IMG/VR virus record: IMGVR_UViG_3300010401_000041
Coordinates: 1-55,519 of that record
From: a virus
Taxonomy: Duplodnaviria; Caudoviricetes
Length of the DNA: 55,519 nucleotides
Reading direction: 5' to 3' (one strand)
Shown here: positions 48,773 through 55,519 of the stretch, in pieces
Layout: every line of letters starts with the position of its first letter
Numbering within the stretch: position 1 is the stretch's first letter
Translations under genes and position numbers: made by a program
Notes under the pieces: generated by a model
Told to the model about the DNA's origin: nothing
The model's input: the letters and a program-made list of their open reading frames with translations, nothing else
Databases searched by the model: none

Positions 48773-49359
48773 ATAGATCATTAATTATACTTTTAGCCTT
48801 CCTTACTTCCTGTCATGTAAGTAAGAACATCCAAACAGAAAAGGTAAACGTTGACAGCATTGTAAACACAGTAAGTAAGAAGTGGCAAAAGTCAATAGAC
48901 AGTCTGAATGTAGAATATAACAGGCATTTGTCAGAGCTTACAAATATCGGTGCAACATTTACGCCTTGTCCCCCTGCTGTGGTTCCTGATTCAGTAGTAA
49001 AGATGTTAGATAGTGCTGCACAATGGAGAATAATGCTATGGCAAAGAGATAATAAGATTCAGGCATTGAACACGAAACTAAAAGTAAATGCAGACGGATC
49101 ATTTGAAACAACACAACAAGTCACATCATTACAGATAGCAAAGAGCAGAACCGAAGACGAGAACATTGCCCTTCGTCATTCAAACACTGTATTGGCCGCT
49201 CAATTAGATAGCGCACAAACTGAATTAAAGAAAGAGCAGGAAAGCAAGTCTAAAGTAGTTGAGAAGAAAGTAATTCCTATCTGGGTATATGTGGTAATGG
49301 TGGTATTAGCTATTGGTGGATATGGAGTATCTTGGTGGCGGCATCATGGGAACGCATAA
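48769..49359 (+). CDS. Unimolecular spanin-like lipoprotein
   Basis: Lipobox LTS|C at residue 15 plus a C-terminal TM segment (IPIWVYVVMVVLAIGGYGV): the u-spanin topology. Confidence 0.7.
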   Translation: MNRSLIILLAFLTSCHVSKNIQTEKVNVDSIVNTVSKKWQKSIDSLNVEYNRHLSELTNIGATFTPCPPAVVPDSVVKMLDSAAQWRIMLWQRDNKIQALNTKLKVNADGSFETTQQVTSLQIAKSRTEDENIALRHSNTVLAAQLDSAQTELKKEQESKSKVVEKKVIPIWVYVVMVVLAIGGYGVSWWRHHGNA

Positions 49360-49383
49360 CAACAAAAGCCATCCGAAGATGGC
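49360..49383 (-). terminator. Minus-strand intrinsic terminator with a UUCG tetraloop
   Basis: Minus strand reads GCCATC-TTCG-GATGGC-TTTTGTT. Confidence 0.65.
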
Positions 49384-49454
49384 CGTTGCTGCTTTTTTTA
49401 ACATACCCATGAAAATGATCCCACTATGGAGTTCAAACACTAAAATACAAAAAT

Positions 49455-49661
49455 ATGAGTATCGGTAAAAAAAGATTTATTGAAATGGCGGTCGCGGCCT
49501 TCATTTCCTTTATCATGTTCGCCACTAGTCCTGACAGTGCATGGGCAGACGAACATCATTGTCATTGGCTCTACATGGTGATTGGTATAGTAACTGGCTT
49601 ATTCGCTATTTACAAATTATACCAGATAATGAAAGACGATTCAACCCCTCCAAGCCGTTGA
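49455..49661 (+). CDS. Small two-TM membrane protein
   Basis: 68 aa with two hydrophobic segments. Confidence 0.6.
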   Translation: MSIGKKRFIEMAVAAFISFIMFATSPDSAWADEHHCHWLYMVIGIVTGLFAIYKLYQIMKDDSTPPSR

Positions 49662-50065
49662 TCTGGTTAGCCGCAATATTATTCGCGCTTGCTCTTAGCT
49701 TTAATGTCTTTTATGATTTAAATATATGGCTGAAAGAGAAACGCAGGAACCATAACAAGGGATGGTTATTGAAAGCAGGGACAAGTTTACCGGCTGTATT
49801 TCTATTTGCAAGTTGTTCTAATTTTAAATGGTTGGTTGCGCTCATTGTATCGGGTGTCATGTGTATGTTCCTGTTCTGGTTATTATTCAATGTGTGGTAT
49901 AATATTATGCGCGGATTTCCTCCTTTCTATCAGGGAACAAATGATAAAGACGATGCAAAGACAGACGATTTTCTACAATCATTTCCCACATGGTTAGACG
50001 CAACTATTCAAATTGCATTAGCCGTTGGTGCAGTTTATTTATACATTATAGGACTATCAACTTAA
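49658..50065 (+). CDS. Multi-TM membrane protein
   Basis: TTG at 49658 overlaps the upstream stop; about 4 hydrophobic segments; N..RG...FY.G....A.TD motif. Confidence 0.65.
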   Translation: MIWLAAILFALALSFNVFYDLNIWLKEKRRNHNKGWLLKAGTSLPAVFLFASCSNFKWLVALIVSGVMCMFLFWLLFNVWYNIMRGFPPFYQGTNDKDDAKTDDFLQSFPTWLDATIQIALAVGAVYLYIIGLST

Positions 50066-50069
50066 TAAA

Positions 50070-50585
50070 ATGAAAGACTCAATCAGTATTATCCGGGTGA
50101 ATAGCCTTCATCCAAAAATCAGGCAAGAGGTTCATGATCTCATTGAAAAGGTAGAAGCAAAGATGCCGGGATGTGCAGTTAGAATAGTACAGGGATATAG
50201 AACATTCGCTGAACAAGACGCACTCTATGCACAAGGAAGAACAACAAAAGGGAATGTAGTGACAAATAGTAAAGCGGGACAGAGCTACCATAATTTTGGT
50301 CTGGCCATAGATTTCGCGCTGCTTTATGATAAAGACAATAATGGCACATACGAAACAATGTCGTGGGACTTGTTGAAAGATTTCGATAAAGACGGGGAAG
50401 CCGATTGGATGGAAGTAGTAGATACGTTTGAGGATGCTCATTATGATTGGGGCGGTCATTGGTCGTCATTTAAAGACAATCCGCATCTGGAAAAACGTTT
50501 TGGTCTTCACTGGAAACAATTACTTGCAAAGTATAACGCAAAAGATTTCATTCCCGGAACTAATTATATAAACATTGGTATGTAA
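50070..50585 (+). CDS. Endolysin, M15 family L-Ala-D-Glu peptidase
   Basis: GYRT..EQ..LYAQGRT, SYHNFGLAID, WGG.W and D.PHLE zinc-peptidase motifs. Confidence 0.92.
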   Translation: MKDSISIIRVNSLHPKIRQEVHDLIEKVEAKMPGCAVRIVQGYRTFAEQDALYAQGRTTKGNVVTNSKAGQSYHNFGLAIDFALLYDKDNNGTYETMSWDLLKDFDKDGEADWMEVVDTFEDAHYDWGGHWSSFKDNPHLEKRFGLHWKQLLAKYNAKDFIPGTNYINIGM

Positions 50586-50709
50586 AATAATTACTGGAAA
50601 ACCAGTTGTATAACCTAAGAAAGAGACTTTAAACTAGCCGATATTGGCGAATTATTACTATGGTTCTATGTCCTTAGTTCCTGAAATTCTTCTCCGATAC
50701 TAAAAGGCG

Positions 50710-50741
50710 AAGCCGGCGCAAATAAATGCCCGGCTTTCTTT
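50710..50741 (+). terminator. Terminator between convergent late and early operons
   Basis: AAGCCGG(C)GCA-aataaa-TGCCCGGCTT followed by TCTTT. Confidence 0.7.
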
Positions 50742-50771
50742 ATGTGCCTACCATTAACCTATAGAACCAAA

Positions 50772-50987
50772 TTAAAAATGCGTTGGGTCAACATCCCTTC
50801 CTTTCTGTTGTGCAGGATGCAGTACTCTTATTTTATCAGCAATAGGGAAGTATTGATAGAATTCATGTTTCTCAAACTCTACTCCGTTTAAAACATATAC
50901 TAGTTTTCCTTGTGGAGTAATTCTTGTTAAGGTGTATTTTCTCTTATCCATGTTACGGATATATTCAGAGGGGCGTTGTGTTGTCAT
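50772..50987 (-). CDS. Hypothetical protein
   Basis: 71-aa ORF coupled to the upstream gene. Confidence 0.65.
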   Translation of the reverse strand: MTTQRPSEYIRNMDKRKYTLTRITPQGKLVYVLNGVEFEKHEFYQYFPIADKIRVLHPAQQKGRDVDPTHF

Positions 50988-51184
50988 GGTTCAATAGGTT
51001 TACATTCTCCAATTTCATCACTTCCTATCTTAACGTTAGTGAATAATCCCTTAATAGTTCCTACTTCAATAAGGTCTTTTCCTGCATCAAATAAATCATT
51101 ACTTGACTGGCATACGTGGACTAATTGCCCAATATACTTTGCCTGTTCTAAGGGATCGAGGGCTAAAAATTTTTCACAATTCAT
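50984..51184 (-). CDS. Hypothetical protein
   Basis: 66-aa ORF. Confidence 0.65.
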   Translation of the reverse strand: MNCEKFLALDPLEQAKYIGQLVHVCQSSNDLFDAGKDLIEVGTIKGLFTNVKIGSDEIGECKPIEP

Positions 51185-51201
51185 ACAATCATTTTAAGGT
51201 T

Positions 51202-51238
51202 AAAAAACACCTCCCTACACTTTGACAAGTCCGGGAGG
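51202..51238 (-). terminator. Hairpin/terminator in the early region
   Basis: CCTCCC (51210-51215) / GGGAGG (51233-51238) stem with an inner actt/aagt stem; T-run follows on the minus strand. Confidence 0.5.
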
Positions 51239-51263
51239 TTCAATCACACTCACTTGAGAAAAG

Positions 51264-51473
51264 CTATATGTTAATGTCTTTTAAGTCGTCAGGATTAGCA
51301 GCGGGGACAGAATCACTTACTTTACATTCGCAGTAATGTAATTTGACTGCATACTTGAGGCTAACGAACTTTTCTAAATTGGTTCGGCTTTCGTCTCTGG
51401 AAATTTGATCAGTTTTTTCCATTAGCTTCTTCAATGATTTGCCGAAATCAATACGGTTGTCTGTTATATTCAT
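51264..51473 (-). CDS. Hypothetical protein
   Basis: 69-aa ORF. Confidence 0.55.
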   Translation of the reverse strand: MNITDNRIDFGKSLKKLMEKTDQISRDESRTNLEKFVSLKYAVKLHYCECKVSDSVPAANPDDLKDINI

Positions 51474-51832
51474 GGTTTAAGATTTGAAGTTTGATTTAAA
51501 TTTCCAGCCTGAAATGTACCAATAATAAGAGCAGGGTATAAGCTATCAGGTTCCATCATTTTTATAACTGGCTTATCAATTATTGATTGGTTAAGAATAT
51601 GATTTTGTGAATCTTTCACCTGCATTAAATAGGTAGTATCTAAAACCATTCCTTCCTCTGGGTAATCAATTTTATAGCCATGCAGGAACTCTACTGATTC
51701 AGGGGTAAGTAGCTCTTTTGGTTGTTCAGCTTTTGCGTTTACATACCCTAATTTATAGCTGAAGTAAATAAGAAACCCAAAAGCAACAAGCGCAAATATT
51801 ACGAAGCTGGTAATTAGTATTTTAAGTTTCAT
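51470..51832 (-). CDS. Membrane-anchored hypothetical protein
   Basis: N-terminal TM/signal segment. Confidence 0.65.
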   Translation of the reverse strand: MKLKILITSFVIFALVAFGFLIYFSYKLGYVNAKAEQPKELLTPESVEFLHGYKIDYPEEGMVLDTTYLMQVKDSQNHILNQSIIDKPVIKMMEPDSLYPALIIGTFQAGNLNQTSNLKP

Positions 51833-51836
51833 GGTA

Positions 51837-52331
51837 TTAAGGTTTAGTTGTTGCCTTTGTTAAGGTATCAGTTATTAGTTTCAGAATATGGTGCGCCCCG
51901 GTATCTTCCAAAGGTGGTTTACCATATATCCTGATATATTCTTTTGCTGTTTCAAGGGCTTTAACCAGATCATCAATAATAGGCTGTTGATATGCTGCTC
52001 CATCTAAGAACGTCCTGTAATAATGGCCGTACATTCTTCTTACTTCAATATCTTCATGGTTAGAAACGTAATGATCAGCCGCTTGTTCCAATGCAGTATC
52101 TTTTTTACCGCCTTTGCTTTTCATCCCTTCTTTACCTACTGAAGCAGCGGGAGCCGGAAGTGGGTTAGGGCGTTCATAAAAAACCCACATTTGCGCCTTT
52201 TCAATATCTCTTGCGAGAGCGTAGGCATTACTTCCATAGTAATTAAGGAAATGCGCATGCTTCTGGTCGTTATCAAGAGATTCCCACCATGCTAAGGCTT
52301 TATCTCTATCTGTTATCTGTGTATTGCTCAT
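51837..52331 (-). CDS. Hypothetical protein
   Basis: 164 aa; ALAWWESL N-terminal module. Confidence 0.7.
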   Translation of the reverse strand: MSNTQITDRDKALAWWESLDNDQKHAHFLNYYGSNAYALARDIEKAQMWVFYERPNPLPAPAASVGKEGMKSKGGKKDTALEQAADHYVSNHEDIEVRRMYGHYYRTFLDGAAYQQPIIDDLVKALETAKEYIRIYGKPPLEDTGAHHILKLITDTLTKATTKP

Positions 52332-52389
52332 GACGTTTGTATTGATTAGTTTAAGAGTTTATTTGTATTATTAATAAGAGAGAGTGTGA

Positions 52390-52581
52390 TTAGACGGTTA
52401 ATAGATTATTTTGTTTTAGAATTTTAATAGAGGCAGAATTAAGTTGATATATAGCGTTTTCAAATTCTTCTTTTGGAATTCTTTTCTCTCCATAGGCTAT
52501 ACAAACTTTGCCTACTCTGTCCTCAATATCCAAAAGTTCAGATTTCATCTTCTTATGCTTATTTATTTTTGATTTTTTCAT
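52390..52581 (-). CDS. Hypothetical protein
   Basis: 63-aa ORF with an AT-rich leader. Confidence 0.6.
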   Translation of the reverse strand: MKKSKINKHKKMKSELLDIEDRVGKVCIAYGEKRIPKEEFENAIYQLNSASIKILKQNNLLTV

Positions 52582-52670
52582 ATAGTATAATTATTGAGTG
52601 TGTATAGTTTACTTAGTTATTAAAATTGTTTTTATCTATGTGGGGGTGCTTATTGGGGGAGGGGTTAGGA

Positions 52671-52979
52671 CTATCCGTAATATAGTTTAGCGGCCTCGTA
52701 TAATTCGGTATCATCTATATAGTCGATGAGCGTAACTTCTCCGTCAACATCAAAATGTATTTGAGAGCCTTGGTTCTGCTTGAAGTCAGGACAAGTTTCA
52801 GCCTGTTTAAAAAAGTCATCATCATTCTCTGGGTTTTGTTCACTTTGCCTCCATGAATAACTTTCTTCAGTTGTTTCAAAATGCTTCTTCAAGCAAGATA
52901 TATCTGTCCCTTCTACCGTGTAGTTTGAATACCCTGTATCTTGCCGGGCGAAAAATTTACAATTATAGCAGCGGTTCAT
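52671..52979 (-). CDS. Cys-rich hypothetical protein
   Basis: CYNCKF...DTGYSNYTVEGT...C...CPDF. Confidence 0.7.
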   Translation of the reverse strand: MNRCYNCKFFARQDTGYSNYTVEGTDISCLKKHFETTEESYSWRQSEQNPENDDDFFKQAETCPDFKQNQGSQIHFDVDGEVTLIDYIDDTELYEAAKLYYG

Positions 52980-53028
52980 AACAAAATGTTTTTATTGTAC
53001 TATTATTTTTATTTTCCTCCCCCTTAAT

Positions 53029-53277
53029 TTAAAGTGCTATAGACTTTATTTCTTTTATCTTTTCAATGCAGTCTGGGCATGTTATTTTACCTTGTTTGCT
53101 TATATATTCGCAACGACTTTCACCAATTCCAAAATATTGACCAGTACAAAAAGAAGCATTGCCGCCGCAAATAACGTGAACATAGCACCACTTAGCATAA
53201 AGTATTTTACTTCCATCCTCATCTCTTATTATTTTTACTACGTATGGTTTCTTTTTTTTGACTTTTGGCCGTCTCAT
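53029..53277 (-). CDS. Small Zn-binding hypothetical protein
   Basis: WC...FCTG..FG.GES...ITCPDC. Confidence 0.7.
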   Translation of the reverse strand: MRRPKVKKKKPYVVKIIRDEDGSKILYAKWCYVHVICGGNASFCTGQYFGIGESRCEYISKQGKITCPDCIEKIKEIKSIAL

Positions 53278-53278
53278 G

Positions 53279-53407
53279 TTAACATATTTTATATAAATGA
53301 GAAGGGAAACGTTTTACACAAGTTGACTGATCTTTCAGGTACACCAAAAAGTAAGTTCCAGAAGACCTGTTTTTTAAAAAGAAAGGTTGAAGGCTTTTTG
53401 ATTTCAT
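53279..53407 (-). CDS. 42-aa hypothetical peptide (not in the ORF track)
   Basis: MKSKSLQPFFLKNRSSGTYFLVYLKDQSTCVKRFPSHLYKIC*; fills the gap and follows an AATCA-type leader. Confidence 0.45.
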   Translation of the reverse strand: MKSKSLQPFFLKNRSSGTYFLVYLKDQSTCVKRFPSHLYKIC

Positions 53408-53506
53408 AAAAAATAAGTTGTTTAAGTATGATTGATTAAAGAGGTGATAGTAATTGGCCTACTCTGCCAAAAGCCCGTGTCATTGCTAACTACGGGATGA
53501 GGGAGG

Positions 53507-53764
53507 TTAATAATCTTTTTTCCCCGCGTTCTCTTCGGATATAATGGTAAGCTTATCGCCAAAAAGAGAACCCAATACACTTCTTTTCGATGTGTGATTT
53601 TCGCAAACGCCTGAAGCTGCTACCTTGCTTCTCCCGTTAGACTCTCTTTCCGGGTCACCAAAATAACATTGGCCACCTTCTTGCCACCAACAGGATCGAC
53701 AAGTAATACCTTTGTTTTTTAGCGAATCAATAATTTGCTGTGTTGTCGGTGTAGTATCTGCCAT
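53507..53764 (-). CDS. Cys-rich hypothetical protein
   Basis: CRSCWWQEGG.CY...C..H. Confidence 0.65.
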   Translation of the reverse strand: MADTTPTTQQIIDSLKNKGITCRSCWWQEGGQCYFGDPERESNGRSKVAASGVCENHTSKRSVLGSLFGDKLTIISEENAGKKDY

Positions 53765-53784
53765 AACAAATAGTATTATTAGTG

Positions 53785-54015
53785 TTTAAAAGGTGATTAA
53801 GCTGTTTGGGATGGGTATGAAACAGGATAACTAATGTATTCGGCTGATTCAGGTATCATATTGCACTTAACCGGCCTAAACGGAGTGTTTAACCCAACAT
53901 TTTCAGCTTCATAGATATTCCCATCGGAAAGAGAAATGTAATACTCTCTGAACATTGTGAATGCTATCCAAACAAGATTATTTTTCATCGTAATAATTTT
54001 TAAAAGGTGATTAAG
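53785..54015. repeat. 17-nt exact direct repeat in early-gene leaders
   Basis: TTTAAAAGGTGATTAAG at 53785-53801 and 53999-54015, each just upstream of a minus-strand start codon. Confidence 0.8.
53797..53988 (-). CDS. Hypothetical protein
   Basis: 63-aa ORF bracketed by the 17-nt repeats. Confidence 0.6.
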   Translation of the reverse strand: MKNNLVWIAFTMFREYYISLSDGNIYEAENVGLNTPFRPVKCNMIPESAEYISYPVSYPSQTA

Positions 54016-54046
54016 TAAAACTCTGCCCGTTTCCGGGGAGAGGGGG

Positions 54047-54238
54047 TTAAGGATTCGGGAATTCGTCGTATGAAACCTTCATTTGATTTCTAATTGCATC
54101 GGCTTTTTCTTTAGTGAGGCTTTCAACTACAGTAATGAAGTCAGGCCCTACTACATACCTCTGCTCTACCACACTGTAAATATCTTTGCCAGTTACACTT
54201 TTAACCGCTGGCAATGCTATTACCTTATACTGTTTCAT
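54047..54238 (-). CDS. Hypothetical protein
   Basis: 63-aa ORF with an AT-rich leader. Confidence 0.6.
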   Translation of the reverse strand: MKQYKVIALPAVKSVTGKDIYSVVEQRYVVGPDFITVVESLTKEKADAIRNQMKVSYDEFPNP

Positions 54239-54322
54239 AATTTATAGTTTTATTAGTTTTAAGTATTTAATTCTCTCACCCACAATGCCCCGTTAGCTTG
54301 TGACTACGAGGCTGGATTTTTT

Positions 54323-54586
54323 TTAATCTAAGCAATTTTTCGGCTTCATGCTTCCAACGTCGTACATACCTGATTTAGCCAATAAGCTAACTTCCTTATC
54401 AACCATAGCATTGAATTTCTTATCTTTCCCGGTCAATGCTTTAAGATTAGCTAATTGTTGCAATAGTTCTTTTTCAGTTTTATTCTCGGCTTGGGAAATG
54501 AAATTATGCATATCACTACCATACCATTTTGAGTTAGGGTTAAGCGAACTTTTATATAGTTCAATAACTTGGTCTAATGTTGTCAT
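54323..54586 (-). CDS. 87-aa early protein, paralogue A
   Basis: 66/87 identical (hand alignment, no gaps) to 54940..55203. Confidence 0.85.
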   Translation of the reverse strand: MTTLDQVIELYKSSLNPNSKWYGSDMHNFISQAENKTEKELLQQLANLKALTGKDKKFNAMVDKEVSLLAKSGMYDVGSMKPKNCLD

Positions 54587-54641
54587 AATTGATAAGTTTT
54601 TAAAAGTGATTGATAAGAGATACTTCGTTCGTTTGATAAGT

Positions 54642-54709
54642 CAAAGATAATAACTATTAACACTACTTCCAAATTTATTTCAATGTTTATTTGTTAAATG
54701 TTTTTAACA
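54642..54709 (-). promoter_or_regulatory. Bacteroidota promoter with two operator-like palindromes
   Basis: TTTG (54673-54670)-20 nt-TATCTTTG (54649-54642); GATAA-N6-TTAACA at 54646-54662 and TGTTAA-N6-TTAACA at 54692-54709. Confidence 0.75.
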
Positions 54710-54940
54710 CTATGAATCAGGGATAACGAAGTTCATGCCTTTATAACACCTGATCTTATAGCCGGGATTGCTGCCTTTACCCGGATTACCTGCACCAGTG
54801 GTATAGCCGTCCGTGAATCTCTTGTACTTCATATACACTGTTCCAACCTTAATTGGTACGCTGGCTGCATATGCAGACACAGGAATAGCTTTAGTCGGTA
54901 ATTTGTCAATTTTGGGGTATAGTGTTCCGTTCTTTCGCAT
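54710..54940 (-). CDS. Small putative HTH/excisionase-like DNA-binding protein
   Basis: ATG 54940 overlaps the upstream stop (TAATG); VSAYAASVPIKVGTVYMKYKR resembles an HTH; basic overall. Confidence 0.5.
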   Translation of the reverse strand: MRKNGTLYPKIDKLPTKAIPVSAYAASVPIKVGTVYMKYKRFTDGYTTGAGNPGKGSNPGYKIRCYKGMNFVIPDS

Positions 54941-55203
54941 TAATCTAAACAATTTTCGGGTTTCATATTACGTACGTCATACATGCCAGCTTTTAACATT
55001 AATTTTTCTTCTTTTTCAACCATAGTATTAAATCTCTTATCATTTCCGGTTAAGGCTTTAAGGTTGGCCAATTGTTGCAATAACTCTCCCTCTGTCTTAT
55101 GCTCTACATTTGAGATGAAATTATGCAGGTCGCTACCATACCACTTAGAATCTATATTTAAGGTGCTTTTGTAGAGTTCAATTACCTGATCTAATGTTGA
55201 CAT
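54940..55203 (-). CDS. 87-aa early protein, paralogue B
   Basis: Paralogue of 54323..54586. Confidence 0.85.
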   Translation of the reverse strand: MSTLDQVIELYKSTLNIDSKWYGSDLHNFISNVEHKTEGELLQQLANLKALTGNDKRFNTMVEKEEKLMLKAGMYDVRNMKPENCLD

Positions 55204-55241
55204 AGACTATGAGTTTAATGATTGAATAACTAATAACACAA

Positions 55242-55308
55242 CAAAGTTAAGACGTCTTAACACTAAAAACAAGAGTAAAACTACTTAATTATTTAATAGT
55301 TATTAACA
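55242..55308 (-). promoter_or_regulatory. Bacteroidota promoter with two operator-like palindromes (duplicate of 54642-54709)
   Basis: CTTG (55273-55270)-20 nt-TAACTTTG (55249-55242); perfect palindrome GTTAAGACGTCTTAAC at 55246-55261; TTTAA-N6-TTAACA at 55292-55308. Confidence 0.75.
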
Positions 55309-55519
55309 TTGCAAAATTCCCCATCCCCTACATCCCATTGATCATTTCAACAACAGATCCCCCCCTCCTTCCCCATCCCCATACCAATGAATCACCTAAA
55401 CATCAATACCCAATAGACCATCCTAAACAGCTTCATCCCAGCACCACATTACACTATGCGTGATCAATCCAGCTGCCATTTCCCCCCTGAACCGCATTGC
55501 GAATCGTACATAACTAATT

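Larger units (their letters stand above)
1..55519. mobile_element. Tailed dsDNA bacteriophage (crAss-like virion module, probable Bacteroidota host); probably a partial genome
   Basis: Terminase, portal, major capsid, nozzle-like, fibre, spanin/endolysin and primase-helicase genes are present with no host housekeeping genes. Bacteroidota-type TTTG/TAnnTTTG promoters occur. Confidence 0.95.

Noticed and set aside
50586-50705. tRNA or known ncRNA after the endolysin
   Set aside because: Only short hairpins (for example ACTGG-AAAA-CCAGT); no cloverleaf or T-loop consensus. An unknown sRNA cannot be excluded.
1-55519. Genome-wide TAG recoding (genetic code 15) as in some crAss-like phages
   Set aside because: Late genes are full length under the standard code, several genes end cleanly in TAG, and only one in-frame TAG was found.
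1-55519. Integrated prophage with att sites
   Set aside because: No integrase, flanking host genes or att-like direct repeats were seen in the window.

Overview
The whole 55.5 kb window is a tailed dsDNA phage genome, probably incomplete at the left end, where a fold-back cuts through a gene. The host is most likely in Bacteroidota, based on TTTG-N19/20-TAnnTTTG promoters, AT-rich leaders and lipoprotein style. (i) 1-7675 is a leftward replication arm: DUF4373-type initiator with internal iteron-like repeats, Twinkle/T7-gp4-like primase-helicase, HNH and Zn-finger proteins. (ii) 7676-7765 is a divergent promoter switch beside a small RHH-like gene. (iii) 7765-50585 is a long rightward late operon with crAss-like podovirus architecture: GroES-like proteins, ring and nozzle proteins, ejection proteins, terminase, portal, major capsid, fibre, polysaccharide lyase and a lysis cassette. 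(iv) 50772-55203 holds leftward small early genes with repeated leaders and a duplicated promoter-operator-gene unit. Two features stand out. One is a 10-gene glycan-building island between terminase and portal (5 glycosyltransferases, 5 methyltransferase domains in 4 genes, one 2OG-Fe(II) oxygenase). The other is a fibre-like protein with a Sec-type signal peptide and many Bacteroidota O-glycosylation sequons. Together they suggest a virion glycosylation system that may combine phage enzymes with host periplasmic O-glycosylation; this link is inference. No DNA polymerase, RNA polymerase, integrase, tRNA or CRISPR array was seen. All family calls come from motif recognition by eye, not database searches.
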